A stretch of DNA of 64,000 bases from Antedon mediterranea (GCF_964355755.1 NC_092676.1:11199888-11263887), one strand, 5' to 3'; positions 49,301 through 60,290 are shown, counted from the stretch's first letter. Numbers and translations: made by a program. The notes: a model not told the origin generated them from the letters alone.

Positions 49301-51143
49301 CAGGAGTAAATAAATGTCTCAAAGATTACTACGAGACACTCATACACGAAATGGGGCATATGTATATTTTCAGTGTTAATGTAAATGAGCAGCCTCATGG
49401 ACCAAAGTTTACAAGCCAGGTTAAGAAGTCTGTTTCCATTTTAAACAAGCACAGGAATTCACTACCAGGGCAATTTAAAGATATGATTGCAAATAAAGAC
49501 AAGGTAGCTAAAGCAAAAACATCCTCAAGTAGTATTATCTAGTTAAAAAGAATGTTTAGACATTGTGTCGGGCCAATTTAGAGCGTTTACTTTTCATAAA
49601 AATTTAAGATAATTATTATAGTTCTATTTGAGTATCATAATAATGTTACATTTTAGCATCACAGGCATAGAATAACTCAAAACCGCCCGGTGATATACTG
49701 AAATTTAATTAATTAATCTGAAACGATAACGACGAGGAAATCTGTGAGAATAAGAAAAAGTCATTAGACCACTGGGGCTTTCATTGGATTAGTTCAAACT
49801 CGATTGGATAGCGACTCTTTATATTATCGGCGTTGTACGGCGGAAAAGCACTAGTCCCTTAATTGTACGCACGCGCACCAGGATCAAATTGATACGCCCT
49901 CATCTTATATATATAATTATATATATATATATATATATATATTTATTTCGAAAAATAACTCCAAACTAGTCACCTCATTTTTCCCCTTCTCGTATTAATC
50001 ATTTCATTTCAGGTATTTTTTAACAATAAAACACCCTAAAGTAAATGTAATCATATGTATATAATATACATATACATATATATATATATATATATTTTGC
50101 CGTTTTTGCGTAAAAAACAATTACTTACTACTTATATAACCAAATATTAATATTATTTGAAAAGTTTTAACAATAATGGTTTTTAATTATTACTTACTTT
50201 TCATAAGGATTGAAGATGATATTATAGTTCAGTTTGAGGATCATAACAATGTTATATTTAGATCTCTCTCACTCAACCGAACCATTTTGAACTTTAACTA
50301 ACTGTTTTAACTATGGGTATTTTGCCGACGTTTTCGTGTAAAAAATAATTACTTTAATTTTTCCAACCAATTATTGATATTATTTTAATTACAATACCAT
50401 ATGCTTTTTAATTATATAAAATATGAAATAACTATTATGTTAAGTTTTCAGATTAGGTAACTTGTATTAGACCATAAGTACATTAAATTGAAAGCGATGT
50501 TGGTCTGTCGAGCTCGGAAAAAATATCAATTTTGTAGATCACCAAATATATAACACATACCTATGACTATACTTGTACATGCTGTTTTTGTAGCCGGTTT
50601 ATGCCTCATTTAAACAAGCTACGTCTGGCAATGAAATCGTACATCGTTCAGACATTATTAATGTATATTATAGGCACTGTCTATTGACTGATGTTAGCAC
50701 ATATTTGTTTTTATTCAGTAATAAATAATAATTGGCTACTCTATGGCATTTTATTTACAAAAAAATCTGCCTTCCAATAATTTCATTTATAACTAAAATG
50801 TCCTTGTTTGTTTTAGTCTAAGAAACTTTTTTTTATTACATTAAACTCTCAATATGATATGGTATTTTGGAAGAAAGTTTGCCGCCCTCAAGTTGACGTA
50901 TTTTGGAAAATTACTAGCAGTCTCAAATTGACGTATTTTGGACAAATCGCGTATTTTGGAAAATGAATAGCGCCCTCAATTTGACGTATTTTGGACAATC
51001 ACGTATTTTGGAAAATGAAAAGCGCCCTCAAGTCTACGTATTTTGGAAAGACTCGCGTATTTTGGATTAGTATAGCGCCCTCAACTTGACGTATTTTGGA
51101 AAAAATTCTGCGTATTTTGGACTGATGTTCACCAACCCGACCC
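43352..51143 (+). mobile_element. Zisupton (KDZ superfamily) DNA transposon, 7.8 kb, apparently complete
   Basis: 8-bp TSD GATTTACG at 43344-43351 and 51144-51151. The TIR (from 43357 and 51138) is identical for about 100 bp and similar for about 260 bp, and is built of CCAAAATACG/TTGAGGGCGC repeats. One large ORF. Confidence 0.9.
45706..49542 (+). CDS. Zisupton/KDZ transposase, 1278 aa: 2x C2H2, SWIM, CxC, SAP, KDZ core, partial Ulp1-like, PHD, SprT-like metalloprotease
   Basis: CPYC..H..H; CGCCKLKFTCVH (SWIM); CHKC..CTEC; CVVCGYYP..MD; EVKKIAKILNL...GAKIDII (SAP); GGILTAHCPHGIIYGFK..ESPRD, DKFH, NTQVAEQ (KDZ/HMGXB3-like); QQQSGNNTCGFYAIAF; CSC..C..C..H..C..C..C; TLIHEMGH..PHGPKF. Confidence 0.88.
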   Translation: MKCPYCQKTWSNNSELKRHISCHEKRSVFIPATNKLAQVHVLACKCEEYLYKCEDRYHYHCPHCKLIIRRKNEVIPHINSHHDNNAEVPSTPKDAQAIKQDKRKAIDDEGKLNKRPRFQPGVCVDMVEGIFLVRKCMHGGVAYPCHVQKCNINSKISMCEVSECRIVMDVANNSGIPVYECSHLQEASRVSYGTFTGLEEHVLTSLSEDGSYKMFSKTTTERCTVLRDAALIGGKVPVAYYRDGRYTHLSVYDGETGYYKRFKRVACTFDAKTNNISCGCCKLKFTCVHKAMCFWRMVQDNIIPKATPIKNVNDQESEKNDNCKKMDLGVKTTPKDSVAKDTVLYIYTNKQIPEPFNQFLPENNDWPTELIPSENICHKCNAKLGQPIRILRKSSLLTMTGTHFVQVYVKKCTECKLTTYYKEHQQGVFNFNDSFILGFDVCAWLRAGVNHHVAIGSVVKQIKDILSIDLDEHLVINAYLAFEALTEKEHPMNCVVCGYYPTIIIMDVDRKIHFRIPVSDLRRPQHDDHINETVDCETFYRKVDLHIISRGLINVAHENPFPIEVSFDNWAPYMGEHTRGSIELFNTEIRKVTSDGSLSSDCREMSEERLLEMLTQSNLKEVKKIAKILNLKKKGAKIDIICAIRESLAKNSENFNKVMKKVWGCSGGILTAHCPHGIIYGFKYIVKAESPRDYVDIIRSMKHKPNIVVVDMSHIVVKFANNFHYTDQTDPVFFPNDGRLAEPTKENIDLAKSNNLQVPMTWLNSSSKVFDKGHPVTGRNETFALFDKFHEKNAKGAEEIIRRVDLVPQLKGILNTQVAEQFYSDLNKSKHFLNSMSIPNHIFTARMIIDMSNQVLNRKHIKKIQKSVNVQVTSDLIGRIKMTIGCADARNIHHIPDDDASCSSHKFTDVPTLIPKATNPASDWWIKDLGLKLEDRNRIAQWGSELNDRVINAASSVLKDNFPDKLGQLHNIVCHFLATENDEIVLVRERVQQQSGNNTCGFYAIAFASAICDGLNPSLLQFNTDEATIRETLIKGMEERNLRKFMRTGYNIVTKESVKYDDSWKVSVVCSCRMPPDEDTTMCSLCGKHLHRKCIQNKAAGWCDECAIKRRREEEERQRKPEEMNQKVREQISSKSPHKLLEEIHHLYSTINGLVYFGKLPNPDGHVFIHELTRDICVHRCFGQTLFLGKSSSFIVLDPGVNKCLKDYYETLIHEMGHMYIFSVNVNEQPHGPKFTSQVKKSVSILNKHRNSLPGQFKDMIANKDKVAKAKTSSSSII

Positions 51144-51780
51144 GATTTACGTCAGCTTTTCAAAATGCACCTTCCTACTCTAGAATACAGAAGATTGAGA
51201 CCCGCAATGATTGAAGTATTAAAAATGTTCTACGGTTTTATTAAATGTAACAATGAGGATTTTTTAGGTTAAACATCGAATCTAGAACCAGAGGACACTT
51301 TTTGAAAATTAGTAAACCTCGTACTCATTCAAGGATCCGGCAGAAATGTTTTACCAACTCTGTTATCAACAAATTGAACAACTTTCCTCAGGATGTAATA
51401 GAAGCTGCAAATGTTAATCAATTTAAAAACCGATTAGAAAAGTTTTGGAAACACCACCCACTAAAGTTTTTCCCACATGATAGGACATGTAATAGAATAT
51501 ACCAGAGGGACACACAAGCATTGCTTTAGATGTCCAAGATCAAGGTAAATTCAAGGTAAATAATAGAAGATGAATTCCATATAAATTATTCCACCTTTTT
51601 CTATCTGAGAGTGTGAATAAAGTTATTCTTTATTCCTTGTTGGTTATTCCTTGTTGGTTGTTATTTGTTATTATTATTATTATTATTATTAAGCTTTGAG
51701 TGCAATTCTGCCTATTGCTTTACTTTACTCCAACAATATATTTGTACTGTATTAATAAACATTTAATTTCAGTTATGATA

Positions 51781-52320
51781 TTTACTCTTGAAAGGGTACA
51801 TTTGAAATGTTAAGGGCAAATCATTCCAAGTTTAAATTCTAAATGCTCCAGTATCTGTAAGAACGTCTCCTATAACTAAATCTGGTACTTACATTGTGTG
51901 TATTAAAGTATTCCATAGGTTGATGCAGTGTTTTGTAATTAAATTAGGTTATGAACAAATTTAACTATACTTAATTAAGCCATCAAAATAAAAAAAATTA
52001 ATAGATCTCTGACATTTTTGGATAAGAAAAATGTAGCCAATGCAATATAACTTTCTACTTTACTCTTGAAAGGGTACATTTTAAAGTTAAGGGCAAATCA
52101 TTCCAAGTTTAAATTCTAAATGCTCTCCTATAACTAAATCTGGTACTTACATTGTGTGTATTAAAGTATTCCATAGGTTGATGCAGTGTTTTGTAATTAA
52201 ATTAGGTTATGAACAAATTTAACTATACTTAATTAAGCCATCAAAATAAAAAAAAGTAATAGATCTAAGACATTTTTGGATAAGAAAAATGTAGCCAATG
52301 CAATACAACTTTCTACTACA
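51781..52320. repeat. Tandem duplication of about 270 bp just downstream of the TRMT2B-like stop codon
   Basis: TTTACTCTTGAAAGGGTACATTT...AACTTTCTACT occurs at about 51781-52058 and again at about 52059-52317. Confidence 0.9.
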
Positions 52321-52397
52321 CTTCATTTAACATTTCAGTTTACATCTGTATGTCATACACCAAATGGCATCTAGATACTTTTCGTTTTTCCACCAAA

Positions 52398-52524
52398 TTA
52401 CTTTCTTTTAAACTCGATCACCAGCTCACAATGTAATGTCTGGGGAAACATATCAACTGGAACAGCGTTAATTGGATACCAGGCTTTTCTACTAGCAGTC
52501 CCTTCTCCCTCTGGTTGACATAAT
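52398..52524 (-). CDS. TRMT2B: TRMT2B-like RNA (uracil-5)-methyltransferase, last coding exon
   Basis: tttcag acceptor; LCQPEG...AVPVDMFPQTLHCELVIEFKRK* (TrmA/TRM2 C-terminal motif). Phase matches the upstream exon. Confidence 0.88.
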
Positions 52525-53050
52525 CTGAAATTTCAAGACAGAATAATAATACAGTAACAATAATTATTTATTAATATAAAGTACCCTGTTTATGGTCTCA
52601 AAGAAAATATATTTAGGTATAACAGACTCATTAACTAGCAGTAACCTGCGCTCCGCACAGTCTTTTTTTGCCTTAATATGTGGTTCATGGGCAAGTATAA
52701 TATAAAAGCGCACTCTGATAAGTACTTTGACAAATTATCAAAATAAAAACAAATTGTATCAAGAATAAAATTCTAAACTATTTACGGCCATTGATTTTTC
52801 TATACACTATACCTTCACTTTGAAATATATGTAAGCTAAAAAATGAAAGCAATACTGGATATGGAACTTTAGACTTTACTTTTGACTGTCAGACTTTATG
52901 AAAATAAAAGATGCTACAGAAAAATTGTGCTGTGTGAATTAGTGCTCGCAAACACATAACGAAAGTATAAAATGCCAAACTATATTATTGTGGGTGTTTT
53001 TCATGGTGTATTCATTATTTGATACATATAGGTAAAATAAAAAAGTGGAC

Positions 53051-56000
53051 TGTTGTATACTAAAGATGTTTGTGGATTACAATTGATTGTTTATAGACCT
53101 CATGACTTAAACACAGTGTAAACAATCGTCCATTTTGTAAATCAGTATTATTTCAACATAGGTGGCGCTATACTAATATTTAGGAGTATCTGAGAATACT
53201 ATAGCTATACATAATACATTACAATTCTCCCAGAAATAATTTAAAGGTGGGTTAAACATTTGGGCGTGTGAACAATATGAGTTAAAGTTATTTGTAAGAA
53301 TCTTTTTTCTGTTTTATATTTTTTTATATATATTTTTTTTTTTTTTTAAAGTTTTATAATACGATATATACAAAAGAACATTCAATAATTGTATGCTATA
53401 ATACAAACATATTTAAAATTATGAATCTGTAAAGTGAATATATCTTAAGGTCCCTTAATAATGATAATTGATAGTGAACAGTTTAGTGTTCATCCATTAC
53501 ATATATATTGTTGTACAAGGTGAAAGAGAATAATTGAGATTTATATATGAATTAAAAATCAATGTTCAGTTCAAAAGTCTTGTGTATTTTATTGGAAGAC
53601 AATGAGTTCATTATATTTCAGCTATAAGCCTTTTAGGGCTTTTGACCACTCTCTTGGATCGTCTTGGTATTTTAGCATTCATGATTTCTTTATTTACTGC
53701 TTCTTCGCTTTGCTGATTGTTTGCAATTGAAGGTGGTGTTTCCTTTGTTGGTGTTGGTGTCGCTTCCGGTATGTACTGTGGTGTCAATGTCGGTGAGGTG
53801 ATTTCTGTAGTTTTCAATAGCGTTTCGCGCAATTGTTCGACATGTCTATTCCACAGTCCTCCTTGTTGTGTTTTCACTTCGTATGACAGTGGGCCATTTA
53901 CTGCTATAATTTCAGCTGTTACCCATTTATCCTCATTTCTGTAATCTCTAGCTAACACTTTTTGTCCAATTTTGAATTCACGTTGTTTTCCTGGGTTTAC
54001 TCTTTGCTTGTTTTGATTCTCGAACACTTTCCGCTTTAGATCAGGTTTAATTAGGTCAAGTCTTGTTCTCAAATTTCTATTTAGGAATAACTGTGCTGGA
54101 CTTACACCGGTTGTAGCATGTAGTGAATTCCTGTAGTGTACTAAGAAATTGTCTAACTTTAGCTGTTTACTTCCTTTGTCCAGTTTTGCCGTTTTCAAGG
54201 CATTTTTAAATGTTTGGACTATGCGCTCTGCGAGACCATTAGTCGCAGGATGATAAGGTGCAGAAGTAATGTGAGTGATACCATTGCTTTTCAAGAACAT
54301 TTCGAACTCACTTGACTTAAATTGCGGTCCGTTGTCTGACACAAGTATCTTGCATAGGCCGTATCGTGCGAATAGACTTCTCAGCATGGTAATGGTTTTA
54401 CTCGAAGAGGTATCTCTAGTCGCTAATACTTCTGGCCATTTGGAGTGCGCGTCTACAACTACTAAGTACATAATGCCGTCGATAGGACCTGCGTAATCGA
54501 TATGGATGCGGTCGTATACGTTTTCAGGCCACTCCCACGGGTGTAATGGTGCTTTTGGTGGCTCTTTCATGTTAAGTTGCCAACCTGGACATGCTTTCGC
54601 TAATGTCTCAATATCGTGGTCCATTCTGGGCCACCAACAGTAGCTTCTCGCGATAGATTTCATTTTTACTACCCCGAGATGTCCCTGGTGGAGTTCGTCG
54701 CTTACTTCTTTTTGTAGCTTGGGAGGAATAATTATTCGGTTCCCCCATAATAAACATTCATAGATTAGATTTAATTCGTCCTTTCTACGGTAAAATGCTT
54801 CAAGTTCGTCGTCTCGTTGGCTGGGCCAATCGTTTTTCGTGTACTCTAGTACTCTAGATAATATTGGATCACGTCTGGTATGTTCCTTAATTTGTTTAAA
54901 CGTGACAGGCAGTGCTTCAAAGCAATCCGCGTAAAATAACTCTATGTCGTCAGGTTTGTTTGACTTTTCGCTTTGCATGTGTAGTGGTAGTCTCGACAAT
55001 GCGTCAGCATTCATGTTATCTGCGCTTGGACGGTAGACGATTTCATAGTCAAATCCTGAAAGAAAAATTGCTTGTCGCGTTAACCTGGCTGCTGCCGTAG
55101 CTGGAATTGCTTTCGTTGGGCTAAACAGTCTTGTGAGTGGTTGGTTATCGGTTAACAATGTGAACTTTCTTCCTAACAGGTATGCTGTAAATTTCTTTAC
55201 TCCATAAACGATACCTAGTGCTTCTTTGTCTATTTGCGAGTAATTCTTTTCCGCAATTGTAAGGCTTCTCGAAGCAAATGCTATTGGGCGTTCTTCACCG
55301 TTTACGACGTGTGATAATACGGCACCAAGACCGTATGGGGATGCATCAGTTGCTAATCTCACAGGTAGCTTTGGATCGTAGTGCGCGAGTACACACTCTT
55401 CCGCTATCATGTTTTTTACTTTAACAGATGCTTTCCATTCGCTAGACCATTTCCATTTTTTTTCTTTCTGTAGTAGCTGATGTAATGGGTAGAGAGTAGA
55501 TGACAAGTTGGGTAAGAAACGATGGTAATAATTGATTAAACCAATAAACGATCGTAGCGTTGATACGTCTGTGGGTGCTGGGGCATTTACCACCGCGTCA
55601 ATCTTGTCCAACGACTTATGAAGACCTTGTTTGTCTATCACATGACCTAAGAAGGTTACCTTTGTTTTCAGAAATTGACATTTGTTCTTATTCAGAATTA
55701 GACCACTTTCCTTTAGTCTTTCTAAAACTTGTTTTAGGCGCTCCAAATGAACGTCGTCATTTTGACCAGTTATAATCATATCATCTAGTATGCAGGCAAC
55801 TCCTGGGATACCTTGGAGTACTTGCTCCATAATCCGCTGCCATATGCCGGTCGCTGGGGTTATACCGTAGGGTAGTCTATTTACCTGGTATAGCCCTTTT
55901 TGTGTGTTAATGGTGAGTATTCGTTTTGCTTCCTCACTCATTTCCAAGTGTAAGTATGCGTTTTTTAGGTCTAACTTTGAGAATTTCTCTCCTCCAGCTA

Positions 56001-57787
56001 GTGTTGCAAATATGTCCTCAATTTTTGGCATTGGGTGTTTGTCAGGTTTTATTGCCGGGTTGACAGTGACCTTGTAGTCACCACATAATCTAATAGACTT
56101 ATCAGGTTTTACAATGGGAACTATAGGTGTAGCCCATTCGCTGAATTTGATCTGTGTGATAATGCCTTCTTTCTCGAGTCTGTCGAGTTCCTTGTCTACT
56201 GCTGGTCGCAGTGCGTAAGGTACTTCCCTGCTTTTGCAGAATTTTGGTGTAGCGTTCTCTTCCATGTGAAGGTTTGCTTTTTGTCCTTTCAGTAGACCCA
56301 CTCTTCCTGAAAAGAGTTCAGCGTATGTTTCTATCAGCTGAGTAACTTTTGTATGAGCTTGGCTGTTTGTATTTACGTTGAAGATTTCATGCCATGGCAG
56401 CTTAATCTTGTTCAACCACGCTCTTCCAAATAATGGAGGTCCACCATTTTCTACAATAAACAATTTGCTATCTACTGTTTGTCCATTGTAACTCACGTGA
56501 GCATTACAAGCACCAATGCATGTGATTGGTTCGCCGGAGTATGTTTTGAATTTTTCTAGAACCGTATCTAACCTCGTGTTCGGGAAATACTTGCGAAAAT
56601 CATTGTGGTTCATAATTGAGTAAGTAGCACCAGTGTCTAGCTCCATATTTACTTTCACTCCGTTTATGTATGGTTGGATCCAAATTGGAGTCGTATCAGA
56701 TTCAATATTGTCAATTGTCACTGTAATTTGATCGAGTCCCTTTAATTCAACGTCATCGTCCGACTCTCCCTCGACATTGTGAAATTGTTTAAATTTATGA
56801 CGGTTCGTACCTTTGTATGCAGGTTTCGCCTTTGAACCCGCTTGACTTTTCTTCTTTTTGAAGCAAGCTTTTTCAATGTGACCTTTGCCCTTACAGAAAT
56901 TGCATATCGTGTCGATAAATTTGCATTTGTCAGATCGGTGCGTGTTGCTATCGCATCGGTGGCATATTGACTTAGGCTTAGTGTGCTGTGCTTTGTAAGT
57001 TTTGCGTGCGACGTAATCAGTGCTGGCGGTTGGTTTACCACTTATTTCTGTGGCGTCTTTTTGAGCAGATTCCATTCCTAAGGCTAACTCGGTTGCTTTT
57101 GTAAGTGTTAAGTTGCTTTCTGTTAGGAGGCGTTTTTGTATGGCTGTTGACTGCAATCCTACAACTAGTTTATCCCTGATGGATTCGCTTAGCTTGTCAC
57201 CGAAATCACAGTGTTTAGTCAGATGCCGGAGTTCAGCTAGAAAGTCCTTAATTGACTCTCCTGGTTTCTGATTTCGTTTGTAAAATCGGAACCTCTCCGC
57301 TATAACTAAAGGCTTGGGTGAGTAATGCGTGTTTAGTAAATCGCATAGCTCTTTAAACGTTTTGGTTTTTGGTAATTCTGGTGTGCATAGGTCTTTTAAC
57401 AGGCCATATGTTTTGGGTCCTATCACTGTCAGTAGTGTTGCTACCCGTTTATCATCCGCTATACCATTAGCGTCAACATAGGATTCCAGTCTTTCCGCAT
57501 ATGCGGTCCAATCTCCCGAATCGCCTTCGTAAACTTCTATGTTTACAAAATTGTAGGCATTTTTGGTTATAATTGTTCTATAACGTTACCTTATTTTAAT
57601 CTTCGTCGCCAATTTGTTGTATACTAAAGATGTTTGTGGATTACAATTGATTGTTTATAGACCTCATGACTTAAACACAGTGTAAACAATCGTCCATTTT
57701 GTAAATCAGTTTTATTTCAACATAGGTGGCGCTATACTAATATTTAGGAGTATCTGAGAATACTATAGCTATACATAATACATTACA
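53051..57787 (-). mobile_element. Ty3/Gypsy (Mag-like) LTR retrotransposon, recent insertion
   Basis: 173-bp TG...CA LTRs at 53051-53223 and 57615-57787 with 1 mismatch. 5-bp TSD TGGAC. PBS TGGCGACGAAGAT (tRNA-Ser-like). Short purine-rich tract GGGAGAA. Confidence 0.96.
53611..57560 (-). CDS. Gypsy gag-pol (CCHC zinc knuckles, protease, RT, RNase H, integrase); the natural ATG at about 57560 is out of frame
   Basis: Two CCHC-type knuckles, LDTGA, ILDD, DASPYG, H-H-C zinc motif, IHIDYAGP, SDNGPQF, NGLAER. Confidence 0.93.
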
Positions 57788-59026
57788 TGGACATCGAATG
57801 AAAAACACGAAACTGCGGAAACACGAACTGTTAAGTTGTTTTCATGTTCAACGATATATCAAACGATTTGGAATCATTTTGTTTGTGTGTGTTCATTTTT
57901 ATTCATTTACATTTTTTTTCAATGGCTTTGATATTTTGCAATTTTTTTTGTGTGGGAGATTTGTTACCTATTTGCTACTTTTATAATTAAATTGTTGTCT
58001 AGCCATGTGACGTGTGAATATTAATCTAGGGTGCGCATCAGAAAGTGACAATGCACATTAAGTCCGTCAATCAGTTAAAAACCTTTTAATGATAAAATAT
58101 GAATTGGTAATTAGTTATAAGAATTAAGATGGAATATAAAAAAATCAACACAAAGTGTGTGGTAGTTGAAATTAGATCGGACACAAACTGTAAAATTTTG
58201 GAATATTTTGTGGAAACACGACACCCATTTGGATTCTTTTATTTTTTATTTTGTTATTGTTCATTTACATTTTTTTTATTTCAATGGTTTTTTTATATTT
58301 TGCAATTTCTTAGTATGAGGTTTGGCATCTTTTTTGCTATTTTTGTAATTACATTGTGGTCTAGATTTGATTTTTTGCTTTAAGCGGTGAGACTTATTAT
58401 TTACAATTAAATCGCGGATTCAAATTCGAACGTACTAAGCAATGGCCACAGCATTTTACTCACTGAGCCACACAGTGATTTACAAAAATCCTTCTGTTCA
58501 AAGGACAGGTGTAATTAATTTCGAGAGACTTGGTGGCCCGGCATGGTATTTGAGATCCAGCTATGGCGATACACAACAAAGTAGGTTGCATAGTTTATAC
58601 AGTGACGTAACATGGTCGCTTAGACGTCAAATTACTGTTATTTTTTCGCTTTTTTTTGTTTATCCTTAAAATTCAGAAAAGTGACATAGCCTAGCGTGTG
58701 CGGCCCCTCAATAAACATCAGTATGCCACATTTGAGCACGGTACGTTCGGTGGTTTCGGAGGAGATACGTAACATTACGCAAACAATTTAGTAGCATTAA
58801 TATATAGATAATTACACCATTATAAGAGATTGATTTCTAAGCCAACAATTTTATCTAAAAAGTATTGAAAAGATTTTTCTTATTACATGTTGAGTGACAG
58901 TCTGTTATCATGCTCATCAGACAATGCTTTTGTACAGTACATCCAGGCAGCTCATCATTAATTTTGTTAATGTATATACATTATGTAAAATATTATTGTA
59001 AAATATGTGTGAGATACAAGACATAC

Positions 59027-59126
59027 TTGATAAAATCTTTGAATGAATTGCCGTCTGGTTTACAAGAAACATAGATCAACTTGCTAACTGATTCACAATT
59101 ACGTAATGATTTCACAACATTTGAAT
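59027..59126 (-). CDS. TRMT2B: TRMT2B-like exon (100 nt) containing the catalytic Cys
   Basis: AG/GT flanks; (H)SNVVKSLRNCESVSKLIYVSCKPDGNSFKDFI(K). VSCK is the TRMT2B-type motif (TRMT2A has VSCNP). Confidence 0.88.
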
Positions 59127-59369
59127 CTATAAAAAATAAATTAAATTAAAAGATAACATTATACAAATAATGAATGTTTATGATGGTAAAGACCTATAAA
59201 TAATTTCAACCAGTTGATAGTTTTCTGTAGGCAAGGTCGATTTCTTGGTAAACAGTCACAAACTGTATAGCAATCACAAATATGTTCCGGGTACTTTAAA
59301 ATATATTTCAACCAAATTTGTACTGCCATTTATATTGCCAAAATTACAGCATCTTCATAATTTACTTAC

Positions 59370-59489
59370 GAAGTCCATTGCGGGATGGATCAACCACAGC
59401 TACAACTTGTTGGTTTGGTTGTAGAGATGCAAGTATCTGTGGCAATACTTTCTCAACTGATCCACACAGGAATTCTGCATTTGTAATAC
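59370..59489 (-). CDS. TRMT2B: TRMT2B-like exon (120 nt)
   Basis: AG/GT flanks; GITNAEFLCGSVEKVLP...VAVVDPSRNGL. Phase 1-1, which joins the next exon in frame. Confidence 0.88.
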
Positions 59490-60164
59490 CTTCAATAATA
59501 AATGCATACTGTATAGATATATTCATAAATCTACAGATATACTGTAGTAAATAGTTTATCACTTATCAATGATTGTAAATCACTGCATGTTTATCATTCA
59601 GCATCAATTCTTTTCATTTTCTTTTTAAAATCATTCATTTCATTTGATTTCATCTATTCATGGTCAACACAGTAAAATATAGTAAGTATAGAAATTATTT
59701 TCATTTGTTCAAAGTTAAAAATTCACTTAAATATATAAAAATTTGTTAAAAAGGTTAACATTTGGTAAAATACAGATAAAATACATTGGTGTGTGTAAGG
59801 ATATAGCATAAAATAATTAACGTTTCTATGTTTCACTTAATTGCCTCATTGCAGTAGGGAGAAACAAGTTCCTCATCCTATTGATTTTCCACCTTGGATA
59901 CACTAAACGCCCTGACTTTCTAGAGACATCCAGCATAATTATTTTTAATTTATATTAGTGTTCTTACTATCTTTCTATTATTCTGTAAGCTGTTTTACTG
60001 ATTTTCTCTACTCTTTTCATACTATGTAATATCGAGGCTGTAAAACAAAGTTATTGCACAGAATGTTAAAACTGATAAAATTACTGATTCATAAAACAAC
60101 ACCAAGACTCTATTGCAATACAGCCTAAAATGCACAAGACATGACAAACAGGGGTGGGGAAGGG

Positions 60165-60290
60165 TGTTGGCACAGACGAAATAGTTGTTGAAGACGGAGA
60201 GGCGAGACCTAATGCTTATGAAACCGCCATAAAGAAGCTTGATGCTTATTTTTTAACATCAAGTGAACTCACCGTTTGAGTGATCACGAA
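60165..60290 (+). pseudogene. Gypsy gag remnant
   Basis: AYETAIKKLDAYF..VNSPFE* matches the Gypsy gag pattern YxxAxxKLxxYFxPxxNxxFER. Confidence 0.55.

Larger units (their letters stand above)
42225..51562 (+). mobile_element. Decayed 5'-truncated CR1 LINE (42225-43351 and 51144-51562), split by the Zisupton
   Basis: KSPGPD, NYRPVSLTS, FLDF, FADDTK, EKVQQRASRMITDLR|QLFKMHLPTLEYRRLR. (TCAAGGTAAA)2 tail near 51540-51560. Confidence 0.88.
52635..58808 (-). mobile_element. Non-autonomous Helitron #2 in the last TRMT2B intron, containing the Gypsy
   Basis: Minus strand reads A|TCTATATA...CTGTGCGGAGCGCAGG hairpin-TTACTG-CTAG|T. Confidence 0.7.

Noticed and set aside
53717-57041. Small antisense or alternative-frame ORFs over the Gypsy (likewise over the LINE, DIRS and Zisupton ORFs)
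   Set aside because: These are shadow ORFs of long coding regions with no independent motifs.
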